Positions 19,259-31,996 of a stretch of DNA of 64,000 nt are shown here, piece after piece. The translations under genes were made by a program, and so were the position numbers. The notes below the pieces were generated by a model, which saw only the letters and a list, made by a program, of their open reading frames with translations, was not told where the DNA came from and ran no database searches. The stretch is from Candidatus Omnitrophota bacterium (GTDB lineage: Bacteria > Omnitrophota > Gorgyraeia > Gygaellales > Profunditerraquicolaceae). Where the stretch lies: positions 451,244 through 515,243 of the forward strand of contig JBAZKC010000001.1 of assembly GCA_041651035.1 (NCBI GenBank), read 5' to 3'. Positions within the stretch are counted from its first letter, which is position 1. The number at the start of each line of letters is the position of its first letter.

Positions 19259-19396
19259 TTAAAGGCTTATTCTTTTTCTGCCTTTATGGCGTCGACGAGC
19301 CAAGACCTGCCGGCCGGATCTTGTGGCCATCTTGCTACGGAATCCGTGCCGACGTTTACCAACGATGTTTGTGGGTGTCTTTAGATTTTTTTTCAT
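19259..19396 (-). CDS. rpmH: 50S ribosomal protein L34
   Basis: [45 protein letters not shown]. It is not in the ORF track because it is under 60 aa. Confidence 0.85.
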   Translation of the reverse strand: MKKNLKTPTNIVGKRRHGFRSKMATRSGRQVLARRRHKGRKRISL

Positions 19397-19730
19397 GGTC
19401 AACAATTATAACATAAAAATATATTAAGTCAACCTCGTACTTTCTTATTTTGAAAAGGATTCTAACATATAAAAGGCCCCCGGTCAAGACAAACATTGCC
19501 TTAACCTAATTTTTTATTGACCCTGTTTAAAATTGTGGTATACTGCCGTAACGATGTGTCTTGCACAGGGCTTGGTGTCTGAAATAATATTGCCTGCTAT
19601 AGCGTTTTACACAGGCCGCCAGCGCCAGCCAGAATTTAAACAACCAGACAAACCGTTAAAGCTTGTCATATCTTGTTTTCCACAGATTTATACAAGGTGT
19701 GAATAACCTGTTAATATAAACACTCTACCT
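19397..19730. promoter_or_regulatory. Candidate oriC / dnaA control region
   Basis: AT-rich stretch 19397-19470. DnaA-box-like TTTTCCACA at 19676-19684, TGTGAATAA at 19698-19706, TGTGGTATA at 19533-19541. Sigma70-like promoter TTGACC (19516-19521), 17-nt spacer, TGgTATACT (19538-19543). Confidence 0.6.
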
Positions 19731-21077
19731 ATGCTCGACGCCTTTAAAACCTGGCAACAGGCGCAAAACTACCTGAAAGACAAATTAGGCAGCACTACTT
19801 TTGAAACCTGGATATCGCCTTTAAAACCAACTCAAAAAAATAAAAGCGCTCTTGATCTTGAGGCGCCGGATATCTTTTTTAAAGACTGGGTGGAGCAGCA
19901 CTATAAAGATCTAATACAGGAGGCGGTTAATTTAGCAGATCCAGGTCAAAAAATCACCGTGCGCCTGGAGAGCGCTTCCGCGGATAATAAAACGCTGCCT
20001 GATAAACCGCGGGCCCAAGATACTCAAACCAAGCCCCCGGGGCAGCAGAACTACCCAAACCTGAATCCGCGCTACACATTTGAAAATTTCGTTATTGGGC
20101 AATCTAACCGCCACGCGCACGCATATTCATTGGCAGTAGCGGAATCTCCGGCCAAGACCTACAATCCTTTATTTATTTATGGCGGGGTGGGGCTGGGCAA
20201 AACACACCTCATACAGGCGGTTTGCCACCAGATCATAAAAAATAAGGGGGCGGCAAATCTTAAGATATGTTACACGTCTTCAGAGAAGTTTACCAACGAG
20301 CTTATTGATGCCATACAGCACCACTCCACATCCAATTTCAGGCAAAAATACAGGAATATGGATGTCCTGGTTATTGATGATATCCATTTTATCGCCGGTA
20401 AAGAATCCACCCAGGAAGAATTTTTCCACACATTTAACACATTATATGACGCGCACAAGCAGATCATATTCTCTTCGGACAGGCCGCCAAAGGAAATATC
20501 AAACCTGCAAGAGAGGCTGGTTTCCCGGTTTGGCTGGGGGCTCACTACCGATATTCAGCCCCCGGACCTAGAAACACGCGTGGCTATTCTAAAAAAGAAA
20601 ATAGAGCGGGAACCTGTTTCCGTGCCGGATGAGGTTATGTTCTTTATCGCCCAGCTTATCAAAACAAACATCCGGGAATTAGAAGGCGCTCTTATACGCA
20701 CAATAGCGTACTCTTTATTGGAAGAGAAGCCTATAACCATGGAGTTAACCCGGGAGGTTTTAAAAGACCTTTTAAAAGAATCAAAGAAATTACTTACCGT
20801 GGATTTTATACAACGTTGCGTGGCCGAAGAATTTGGGGTTTCATTACAGGATTTAAAAGCGAGGCGCCGCAATAAAAACATTGTCTTGCCGCGGCAAATA
20901 GCTATGTATTTAAGCCGGGAAATGACTGAGTTATCTTTGCCTGAAATAGGGGCGTTTTTTGGAGGCAAGGATCATACCACAGTCTTGCATTCGTATAATA
21001 AGATTAAGGGGGATTTAAATACGAACGAGACCTTAAAAGAAAAAGTGAATGAGGTTATTAAAATTATTAAACAGTAA
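19731..21077 (+). CDS. dnaA: Chromosomal replication initiator DnaA
   Basis: AAA+ GVGLGKTHL motif and C-terminal DnaA-box-binding domain. Confidence 0.95.
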   Translation: MLDAFKTWQQAQNYLKDKLGSTTFETWISPLKPTQKNKSALDLEAPDIFFKDWVEQHYKDLIQEAVNLADPGQKITVRLESASADNKTLPDKPRAQDTQTKPPGQQNYPNLNPRYTFENFVIGQSNRHAHAYSLAVAESPAKTYNPLFIYGGVGLGKTHLIQAVCHQIIKNKGAANLKICYTSSEKFTNELIDAIQHHSTSNFRQKYRNMDVLVIDDIHFIAGKESTQEEFFHTFNTLYDAHKQIIFSSDRPPKEISNLQERLVSRFGWGLTTDIQPPDLETRVAILKKKIEREPVSVPDEVMFFIAQLIKTNIRELEGALIRTIAYSLLEEKPITMELTREVLKDLLKESKKLLTVDFIQRCVAEEFGVSLQDLKARRRNKNIVLPRQIAMYLSREMTELSLPEIGAFFGGKDHTTVLHSYNKIKGDLNTNETLKEKVNEVIKIIKQ

Positions 21078-21218
21078 ATACAGGCTTTATCCCAAGGATA
21101 TATTGATTATAATTACGGTTAAAATAGGCAGGTTATAAAGTTTTCCACAGGAATAAAACCCTATTATTTCTATTACGATATAAATATTTATAGTATATTA
21201 ATAGTAAAGGAGTGAAAA
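21078..21218. promoter_or_regulatory. dnaA-dnaN intergenic region; possible second oriC segment (unwinding element)
   Basis: GTTTTCCACAG at 21139-21149 is identical to the motif at 19675-19685. TTATCCCAA at 21087-21095. AT-rich run 21150-21215. Confidence 0.4.
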
Positions 21219-22310
21219 ATGAAACTCAAGGTTGAAAAAGATGTTTTATTGAATAGTATACAGACCGTGCAAAATGTTATTACCTCTAAAGCCGCCCTAC
21301 CTATACTTTCTAATATTTTACTGGAAACACAACAGGCCGGGTTAAGGTTAACCGCGACAGATTTAGATATAGGTATAAGCTGTGTAATACCTGTGGATAC
21401 CCAGGAACAAGGGGCTATTACCATACCAGCCAAAAGATTTAGTGACATTATTAAAGAATTACCCGCGGGCAGCGTAAGCATAACTACTAAAAAAAACAAC
21501 CTGATTATTATTGAAACCCAGTTTTGTCAGTTTAAGATCATGGGGTTGGCCCGCGAGGAATTCCCCAAACTCCCTGAGTTTAAAGATAGAGAAGCAATTA
21601 AGTTAGAGCAGTTGGGTTTAAAGCAGATACTAGGCCTGACTTCTTTCGCGGTGTCTTTTGATGAAACAAGGTATATTTTAAACGGCATCCTTTTTAAGAT
21701 CCATAAAAATAATTTGACGCTCGTGGCTACAGATGGCAAGCGGCTGGCAATCATAGAAAAGAAGCTAAACCAGGAAATAGATAAAGATGTTTCTATTATT
21801 GTGCCGATAAAAACAATCCATGAATTAAACCGCAACCTGAAGGATTCAGGTGAGTTGTCTTTAATATTAGGCAACACTCAGGTGTTGTTTGATTTGGGCA
21901 GTGTGGTTATTATTTCCCGGCTGATCGAGGGAGAATTTCCTGATTATCGGCAGGTGGTGCCGCCGGTTTCGGATAATAAAATGAAAGTGGACCGCGCGCA
22001 GTTTTTATTGGCTATTAAGAGGGCGGCGCTGCTTTCTACCCCGGATTATCAGGCGATAAAATTAGAGGTTTTTAAAAACAAACTGGTTGTTTCTAAATCA
22101 ACTCCGGATGTGGGTGAATCCCGTGAAGAAGCGCCCGTGGTATACCAGGGTAAAGAAATGGCCATAGGGTTTAACCCCAATTATTTAATAGATGTTCTAA
22201 AAAATCTTGCGGAGGATACAATAGAGTTAGAATTAACCGATAGCGAGAAACCAGGGGTAATACGCATTAATGGTTATACTTATATAGTGCTGCCGATGCG
22301 GCTTGGTTAA
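21219..22310 (+). CDS. dnaN: DNA polymerase III beta sliding clamp
   Basis: Three-domain beta clamp; AAAGGAG ribosome-binding site. Confidence 0.95.
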   Translation: MKLKVEKDVLLNSIQTVQNVITSKAALPILSNILLETQQAGLRLTATDLDIGISCVIPVDTQEQGAITIPAKRFSDIIKELPAGSVSITTKKNNLIIIETQFCQFKIMGLAREEFPKLPEFKDREAIKLEQLGLKQILGLTSFAVSFDETRYILNGILFKIHKNNLTLVATDGKRLAIIEKKLNQEIDKDVSIIVPIKTIHELNRNLKDSGELSLILGNTQVLFDLGSVVIISRLIEGEFPDYRQVVPPVSDNKMKVDRAQFLLAIKRAALLSTPDYQAIKLEVFKNKLVVSKSTPDVGESREEAPVVYQGKEMAIGFNPNYLIDVLKNLAEDTIELELTDSEKPGVIRINGYTYIVLPMRLG

Positions 22311-22360
22311 ATCAGGCCCGCAGTATCTTGGTTTGCTGTAAGAAATGGTAGTTTATTTGA

Positions 22361-25089
<2,729 letters not shown>

Positions 25090-25090
25090 T

Positions 25091-27520
25091 ATGTATACAC
25101 GCAACGAAAAAATTATTCCGGTATATATCGAAGAAGAGGTCAAGGACTCTTATTTGAATTACGCCATGAGCGTAATTGTGGGCCGCGCGCTGCCGGATGT
25201 CCGCGACGGGCTAAAGCCCGTGCACAGAAGGATCCTGTATGCTATGCAGGAGCTTAACCTTGACCACTCCAAACCCTACAAAAAATGCGCCCGTATCGTC
25301 GGCGAGGTTTTAGGTAAATACCACCCGCATGGGGATGTCGCGGTTTATGATACCCTGGTGAGAATGGCGCAGGATTTTTCTTTGCGTTATCCTCTGGTTG
25401 ACGGGCAGGGGAACTTTGGTTCTGTTGACGGGGATGCTGCCGCGGCTATGCGTTATACCGAAGCGCGCCTCGCCTCCGTATCCGATGATATGCTTGGGGA
25501 TATTGAAAAAGACACGGTTAATTTCGGGCCAAACTTCGACGCCTCATTAAAAGAGCCTCTCCTGTTGCCAGCCTCACTTCCAAATCTTTTGGTTAATGGC
25601 TCAAGCGGTATTGCCGTGGGTATGGCTACAAATATCCCGCCGCATAATTTAAACGAAGTCGCGGATGCGATTATTTATGTTTTAGATAACCCGGACGCGG
25701 AGATTAAAGACCTTGCGCGTTATATTAAGGGACCGGATTTCCCGACGGGTGGAGTGATTTGCGGCAAGGGCGGCATTAAGGACGCCTACGCAACCGGCCG
25801 CGGTAAGCTTACTGTGCGCGCCCGGGCGACTGTCGAGCACCAAAAGAACGGTAAAGACTTAATCGTAATCACTGAAATTCCTTACCAGGTGCAAAAATCA
25901 GCCCTTATTGAAGCTACCGCCGGGTTGGTTGATGATAAAAAGATAGAAGGTATATCCGATATCCGCGATGAATCGGACAAAGATGGTATGCGTATCGTAG
26001 TTGAGTTAAAGCGCGATACCGAGCCGCAGATTATTTTGAATCAGCTTTTTAAACACACCCAATTAGAAACAACCTTTGGCATTATAATGCTTGCCTTGGT
26101 TGAGAACAGGCCGCGGGTTTTAAATTTAAAACAAGTCCTTGATTGCTACATAGAACACCGCAAAGTAATTATCCGGCGCAGGACCCAGTTTGAATTAGAT
26201 AAAGCTTTAAAGAGAGCGCATATCTTGGAAGGCTTAAAGATCGCCCTCAAATTCATTGACCAGATCATCAAGGTTATTAAGACGTCCAAGAGTGCTGAGC
26301 TGGCCAAGATAAACTTAATGAAGGAGTTTGAGCTTTCAGAAATCCAGGCGCAGGCGATCCTGGAAATGCAGTTGCAGCGCTTAACTGCTCTTGAGCGCGA
26401 TAAAATAGATGCCGAATACGCTGAACTCTTGAAGAAAATTGAGATATGCCGGGCGATTTTGGCTTCGGGAAAAAAGATCGAGGGGATTATTAAGGAAGAA
26501 TTAGAGAACCTAAAGAAAAAATACGGGGATGAGCGCAGGACCGATATCGTCGGCGAAGTCGAAGAGCTGGAAGTAGAGGATTTGATTGCTGAAGAAGATG
26601 TGGTGGTAACGATCAGCCATGGCGGTTATATCAAGCGCCTGCCGGTAAGCGCCTACCGTAAACAAAAACGCGGAGGCACAGGGGCAACCGGAGCGGATTT
26701 AAAAGAGGAAGATTTCAGCGAACATCTTTTTGTCGCCTCCACTAAAGACTACCTGCTTATTTTTACCGATAAGGGCCAGGTGAACTGGTTAAAAGTTTAT
26801 GAAATCCCCCAGGCCAGCCGCGTATCCAAGGGAAAAGCGATTGTCAATCTTGTGCAGATGGAGCAGGGGGCTAAGGTAAGTTCGACCATCCCGGTGAAAG
26901 AGTTTTCTCCGGATAAATATTTAGTTATGGTAACTAAGCTGGGGCAGATCAAGAAAACCAAACTTGAAGCTTATGGCAACCCGCGCAAAAGCGGTATTAT
27001 CGGGATTACCCTGGATAAGAATGACGCGCTGATTGGCGTGGAGATGACCGACGGCAAGCAGGAATTGCTTATCGGGACCAGGCAGGGTAAGGCCATAAGA
27101 TTTTCCGAAGGAAACGTACGCGATATGGGCAGGGGAGCCCGGGGAGTAAAAGCGATTTCTTTAGCCAAGAAAGATGAAGTCATTGATCTGGTCGTCCCCA
27201 AGAAAGGCGCGGCTATACTGACTGTTACTTCGTTGGGGTTTGCCAAGCGCACCACTGTTGATGAATACAGGCTTACTTCGCGCGGCGGCAAAGGCGTGAT
27301 CAATATTAAAGTTACCGATAAGAACGGCGAGGCGGTAAATATTAAGACAGTAAACAATAATGACGAATTAATGGTTATTACGCAGAACGGTATATTCTTG
27401 CGTTGCGCGGTAAAAGATATACGTGAAACCGGCCGCTCCGCTCAGGGCGTGCGGTTGATAAAATTACAAGATAAAGACCGGGTTTCCTGTGTCGCGCCGG
27501 TCATTGCAGAAGAAGAATAA
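25091..27520 (+). CDS. gyrA: DNA gyrase subunit A
   Basis: Active-site [10 protein letters not shown] and C-terminal beta-pinwheel repeats. Confidence 0.95.
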   Translation: MYTRNEKIIPVYIEEEVKDSYLNYAMSVIVGRALPDVRDGLKPVHRRILYAMQELNLDHSKPYKKCARIVGEVLGKYHPHGDVAVYDTLVRMAQDFSLRYPLVDGQGNFGSVDGDAAAAMRYTEARLASVSDDMLGDIEKDTVNFGPNFDASLKEPLLLPASLPNLLVNGSSGIAVGMATNIPPHNLNEVADAIIYVLDNPDAEIKDLARYIKGPDFPTGGVICGKGGIKDAYATGRGKLTVRARATVEHQKNGKDLIVITEIPYQVQKSALIEATAGLVDDKKIEGISDIRDESDKDGMRIVVELKRDTEPQIILNQLFKHTQLETTFGIIMLALVENRPRVLNLKQVLDCYIEHRKVIIRRRTQFELDKALKRAHILEGLKIALKFIDQIIKVIKTSKSAELAKINLMKEFELSEIQAQAILEMQLQRLTALERDKIDAEYAELLKKIEICRAILASGKKIEGIIKEELENLKKKYGDERRTDIVGEVEELEVEDLIAEEDVVVTISHGGYIKRLPVSAYRKQKRGGTGATGADLKEEDFSEHLFVASTKDYLLIFTDKGQVNWLKVYEIPQASRVSKGKAIVNLVQMEQGAKVSSTIPVKEFSPDKYLVMVTKLGQIKKTKLEAYGNPRKSGIIGITLDKNDALIGVEMTDGKQELLIGTRQGKAIRFSEGNVRDMGRGARGVKAISLAKKDEVIDLVVPKKGAAILTVTSLGFAKRTTVDEYRLTSRGGKGVINIKVTDKNGEAVNIKTVNNNDELMVITQNGIFLRCAVKDIRETGRSAQGVRLIKLQDKDRVSCVAPVIAEEE

Positions 27521-27530
27521 CAAGAGTTGC

Positions 27531-27604
27531 GTCCCCATCGTCTAGCCTGGTCAGGACAAGAGCTTTTCAAGCTCTCGACACCGGTTCAAATCCGGTTGGG
27601 GACA
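27531..27604 (+). tRNA. tRNA-Glu (anticodon TTC)
   Basis: GTCCCCA...TGGGGAC A; anticodon loop TTTTCAA; T-arm CCGGTTCAAATCCGG. Confidence 0.85.
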
Positions 27605-27757
27605 TATAGTTTTAAGCAATACCGGTTCTCCCTGCAACAAAGCACTTCGTAGATTTCTGCGAAATCTACTCGTAGTTGCAGGGATTAATTCCGGCAGGCA
27701 ATTTACGCTCACTTCGTTACGTAAATTGCGCCGTCATTAAAAATCCGGTTGGGGACA
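27605..27757 (+). repeat. Nested hairpin repeats plus a 17-nt direct duplication of the tRNA-Glu 3' end (AAATCCGGTTGGGGACA at 27588-27604 and 27741-27757)
   Basis: Hairpins CCCTGCAAC...GTAGATTTC-tgc-GAAATCTAC...GTTGCAGGG and GCAATTTACG-n12-CGTAAATTGC. The 17-nt repeat is exact. Confidence 0.6.
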
Positions 27758-27767
27758 CTATTTCTTT

Positions 27768-29612
27768 ATGTGCGGAATTATTGGATATGTCGGAGAACGG
27801 CAAGCACAACCCATCCTCTTAAGCGGGCTCAAGCGCTTGGAATACCGCGGTTATGATTCCAGCGGCATAGCGTTGATCCTGTCGCAAAAAAATACCATTT
27901 CCATCAGGAAATCCCAAGGCAAAATAAGTATTCTAGAAAACCTTCTTCATAAGAAACCCATGTCAGGGTTTACTGGTATTGCGCATACCCGATGGGCGAC
28001 CCACGGCGCGCCTAACCGTATTAATGCCCATCCGCATTCAGACTGTAAGGATGAAATCGCGGTGGTGCATAACGGGATCATTGAAAATTACACGCAGCTA
28101 AAAAAAGAGCTGATAAAAGAAGGCCATGATTTTATCAGCGAAACCGACAGTGAAGTTATTGTGCATTTGATTGAGAAGTTTTCCAGGGGCGGCAGCCTAA
28201 GCTTAGAAGAATCCGTCAGGAAGGCTGTATCCAAACTGGAGGGTTCTTTTTCTATCGGCGTAATTTCAAAAAGAGAACCGGATAAGTTAGTTGGCGCCCG
28301 ACTGGGCAGCCCTTTGATCGTCGGCTTAGGCAAAAACGAGAATTTCCTCGCTTCGGATGCACCGGCAGTGCTGGATTCTACCAAAGAGATTATCTTTCTG
28401 GATGAAAATGAAATAGTTACTTTGACCAAAAATACCTGCAGGATTACTGATTTTAACGGGAAAGAAATCGTTAAGGACCCCACGCGTATAAAATGGGATG
28501 TCGCCCAAGCTCAAAAGCAGGGCTATAAGCATTTTATGCTCAAAGAGATCAATGAGCAGCCCAAGATCATAGACAATCTCTTGAGCACAAGCATAGAGAA
28601 ACAAGCAAATAGAATTACCTTCCAGGAGCAGGGGATTCCGGAAGAGAAACTACGGGAAATCAAGAACATAACAATTGTTGCCTGCGGTACCGCGTATCAC
28701 GCGGGGTTGGTGGGAAGGTATATTTTAGAATCCATATGCGCCATACCCACATGCGTTGATGTGTCCAGCGAATTCAGGTATCGGGACTCCCTTATTGATA
28801 AGCAGACTTTGGTGATCGCAATAAGCCAGTCAGGAGAAACCGCGGATACCTTAGCGGGCGTACGCCAGGCAAGAAAACACGCCGGCGCGGTGTTATCTAT
28901 ATGTAATGTATTGGGTTCCACCCTGACCCGGGAATCAGACGGTGTGATCTATACCCACGCCGGGCCTGAAATTGGAGTCGCCTCCACCAAGGCGTATACC
29001 GCTCAGCTTGCCGCGCTTTACCTTTTTGCTTTTTATCTGGCGCGGATAAAAAGTCTACTCCCGCAAGACAAGATTAATAAATACTTGGAAGAATTACGAA
29101 TGATCCCTGCGCAGCAGGAGAAAATTTTAAAGAAACAGGAAGAGATCGCGAATCTCGCGCATAGGCATTCCCATTTTGGTTCGTTTTTATACTTAGGCAG
29201 GAACATTAATTTTCCTTCTGCTTTAGAGGGCGCGCTCAAATTAAAAGAGGTATCTTATATCCCGGCTGAAGGCTACGCGGCCGGCGAAATGAAACATGGC
29301 CCTATCGCCCTTATTGATGAATACCGGGCGGTGGTCTGCATTGCCTGCGCGTCCAAGGTATACGCGAAAATGATCTCAAACTTGCAGGAGATCCGCGCGC
29401 GCGAAGGCAAGATCATAACCATTGCCAGCTGCGGCGACGAAAAAATAAAAGAGCAGGTTAAAGAGATCATCTATATTCCTGTCTGCGGTGAATTATTCTC
29501 TCCCCTTTTAGTGGCCCTTCCTTTGCAGCTTATCGCCTATCATATTGCCGTAAAGCGCGGCTGCGATGTGGATCAGCCCAGGAACCTGGCTAAGTCGGTA
29601 ACCGTGGAATAA
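27768..29612 (+). CDS. glmS: Glutamine--fructose-6-phosphate aminotransferase
   Basis: MCGIIGYVG N-terminal nucleophile; two SIS domains. Confidence 0.95.
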   Translation: MCGIIGYVGERQAQPILLSGLKRLEYRGYDSSGIALILSQKNTISIRKSQGKISILENLLHKKPMSGFTGIAHTRWATHGAPNRINAHPHSDCKDEIAVVHNGIIENYTQLKKELIKEGHDFISETDSEVIVHLIEKFSRGGSLSLEESVRKAVSKLEGSFSIGVISKREPDKLVGARLGSPLIVGLGKNENFLASDAPAVLDSTKEIIFLDENEIVTLTKNTCRITDFNGKEIVKDPTRIKWDVAQAQKQGYKHFMLKEINEQPKIIDNLLSTSIEKQANRITFQEQGIPEEKLREIKNITIVACGTAYHAGLVGRYILESICAIPTCVDVSSEFRYRDSLIDKQTLVIAISQSGETADTLAGVRQARKHAGAVLSICNVLGSTLTRESDGVIYTHAGPEIGVASTKAYTAQLAALYLFAFYLARIKSLLPQDKINKYLEELRMIPAQQEKILKKQEEIANLAHRHSHFGSFLYLGRNINFPSALEGALKLKEVSYIPAEGYAAGEMKHGPIALIDEYRAVVCIACASKVYAKMISNLQEIRAREGKIITIASCGDEKIKEQVKEIIYIPVCGELFSPLLVALPLQLIAYHIAVKRGCDVDQPRNLAKSVTVE

Positions 29613-30265
29613 TGCTGTATATAGTCGCAACCCCCATAGGTAACTTGAAAGATATCACCTTGCGCGCCCTCGAGGTGCTAAAGTCGGTAGACCTGATCGC
29701 CTGCGAAGACACCCGGCATACCAAGATCCTTCTTGATCACTATGGTATTAATAAGCCCACCACGAGTTTTTTTCAACACAATAGGTTTACTAAGGCCAAA
29801 TACCTGCTGGGGCTTTTAAAAGAAGGCAAAGATATAGCGCTTGTTTCGGATGCCGGCACGCCGGGGATACTTGATCCCGGGTATAACTTGGTTAATCTGG
29901 TAATAGAGAACGAGATCCCGCTTACAGTTATCCCGGGCCCAGCTGCTTTTGTCAACGCGTTAGTGCTTTCCGGGAAACCCGCGCACGCCTTTATTTTTGA
30001 AGGGTTTTTACCGGTAAAATCTATTTCCAGGAAAAACAAGCTTAAAGAATTGGAAAGTCTCGGCCGGACCGTTATTTTTTATGAATCCAGCCACCGCATT
30101 ATCAAAACCCTCCAGGATATGGAAGAGATTTTCGGAGAGAAGGAAACCGTTGTCTGCAGGGAACTTACCAAAAAGTTTGAAGAAGTAAGGCGTGGCAGCG
30201 CCAAAGAACTTTTAGAGTATTTTTCCGGCCAAAAAGCCCGCGGCGAGTTTGTGGTTGTTGTTTAA
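29612..30265 (+). CDS. rsmI: 16S rRNA (cytidine1402-2'-O)-methyltransferase RsmI (catalytic domain only, 217 aa)
   Basis: Tetrapyrrole-methylase fold; MLYIVATPIGNLKDITLRALEVL... Confidence 0.8.
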   Translation: MLYIVATPIGNLKDITLRALEVLKSVDLIACEDTRHTKILLDHYGINKPTTSFFQHNRFTKAKYLLGLLKEGKDIALVSDAGTPGILDPGYNLVNLVIENEIPLTVIPGPAAFVNALVLSGKPAHAFIFEGFLPVKSISRKNKLKELESLGRTVIFYESSHRIIKTLQDMEEIFGEKETVVCRELTKKFEEVRRGSAKELLEYFSGQKARGEFVVVV

Positions 30266-30306
30266 TGGGGGAATATTCAAGCGCTGCCAAAGAAAGAACA
30301 TAGCCC

Positions 30307-30460
30307 TTGACAACAGATAGTTTCAGTGCTATATTTATAAAAATAACATAGGACCTTTAAGCTGGCTCTTGAGAAGTCAGCAAGGCAAGAAAAATGTTTT
30401 ATAAGCAGAGAATAATTATAACCCAACCGCTTTTCTTAAGCAGTTGGGTTTTTTGTTAAG
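30307..30460 (+). promoter_or_regulatory. pyr leader: sigma70-like promoter followed by an intrinsic-terminator-like hairpin (candidate PyrR attenuator)
   Basis: TTGACA (30307-30312), 17-nt spacer, TATATT (30330-30335). Hairpin CCCAACCGC-n9-GCAGTTGGG plus TTTTTTGTT (30422-30459) directly upstream of pyrR. Confidence 0.5.
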
Positions 30461-30474
30461 CAGATAAAGGGTGA

Positions 30475-31017
<543 letters not shown>

Positions 31018-31045
31018 CCTTAGGTGTCAGGAGATATAAAAATAT

Positions 31046-31996
31046 ATGGCCTGGACAAGAAAAGATTTGTTAGGATTGGAAGAGTTAAGTAAAGAAGAGA
31101 TAGAGTTTATTCTAGCTACCGCCGCTTCCTTTAAAGAAGTTTCGACCCGCGAGATAAAAAAAGTCCCGGCCTTACGCGGCAAGACCGTAGTTAATTTGTT
31201 TTACGAACCCTCCACCCGTACCCGCGTATCCTTTGAAGTAGCCGCCAAAAGATTATCCGCAGATGTAATTAACATAGCTACGGAAACCTCAAGCGTTAAA
31301 AAAGGCGAGACGTTGATTGACACAGGAAGAAACATTGAGGCCCTCAAAGCCGATATCATTGTAGTACGCCATAATTGCAGCGGAGCTTCAGCCATGTTGG
31401 CGCGCCATGTAGGTATCAGCGTAGTGAATGCGGGCGATGGCTGGCACGAACATCCCACCCAGGCGCTTTTAGATATTTTTACCCTGAAGGAGAAATTAGG
31501 CAGGATCGAAGGGTTAAACGTAAGCATTGTAGGCGATATCGCGCATTCCCGTGTGGCGCGTTCAAATATCTGGGGGTTAACCAAGCTGGGAGCTAAAGTT
31601 ACAGTCTGCGCTCCCAAGACGCTTATCCCGCCCGGGATAGAGCAGATGGGGGCAAACGTAACAAACGATATAGACGAAGCGCTGCGTAATGCCGACGCGG
31701 TAAACGTATTGCGCATGCAGTTTGAGCGAGACGAAACAGCTGTTTTCCCCGAGCAATTAGAATATTTTAAGCGTTTCGGTATTACCGAAGAGCGGCTGCA
31801 AAAAGCCAGAAAGAATATTATCGTCATGCATCCCGGCCCGATCAACCGCGGAATTGAAATGTCAAGTGAAGTTGCCGATGGGGTAAATTCGGTGATCTTA
31901 GAACAGGTTACTAATGGTATCGCCGTAAGGATGAGCGTGCTCTTCCTGGTGGCGCAAGCCCGTGACAATATTAAAAAAAATGAAAATATTAATTAA
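31046..31996 (+). CDS. pyrB: Aspartate carbamoyltransferase catalytic subunit
   Basis: STRTR and HPTQ motifs; lies in the pyr context. Confidence 0.9.
   Translation: MAWTRKDLLGLEELSKEEIEFILATAASFKEVSTREIKKVPALRGKTVVNLFYEPSTRTRVSFEVAAKRLSADVINIATETSSVKKGETLIDTGRNIEALKADIIVVRHNCSGASAMLARHVGISVVNAGDGWHEHPTQALLDIFTLKEKLGRIEGLNVSIVGDIAHSRVARSNIWGLTKLGAKVTVCAPKTLIPPGIEQMGANVTNDIDEALRNADAVNVLRMQFERDETAVFPEQLEYFKRFGITEERLQKARKNIIVMHPGPINRGIEMSSEVADGVNSVILEQVTNGIAVRMSVLFLVAQARDNIKKNENIN

Noticed and set aside
19259-19396. Apparent frameshift in rpmH: M K K I stop in one reading
   Set aside because: An exact recount shows a run of 8 A residues, not 7. The frame is intact and reads [45 protein letters not shown].
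27605-27767. glmS ribozyme upstream of glmS
   Set aside because: No match to the glmS ribozyme core (no AGCGCCAGAACU or GACGAGGA elements). The region is instead made of hairpin repeats and a duplicated tRNA 3' end.
27531-27767. Integrated mobile element at tRNA-Glu
   Set aside because: The direct repeat of the tRNA 3' end is real, but the enclosed segment is only about 136 bp and there is no integrase or cargo. I report it as a relic or miniature element, not as a mobile_element feature.
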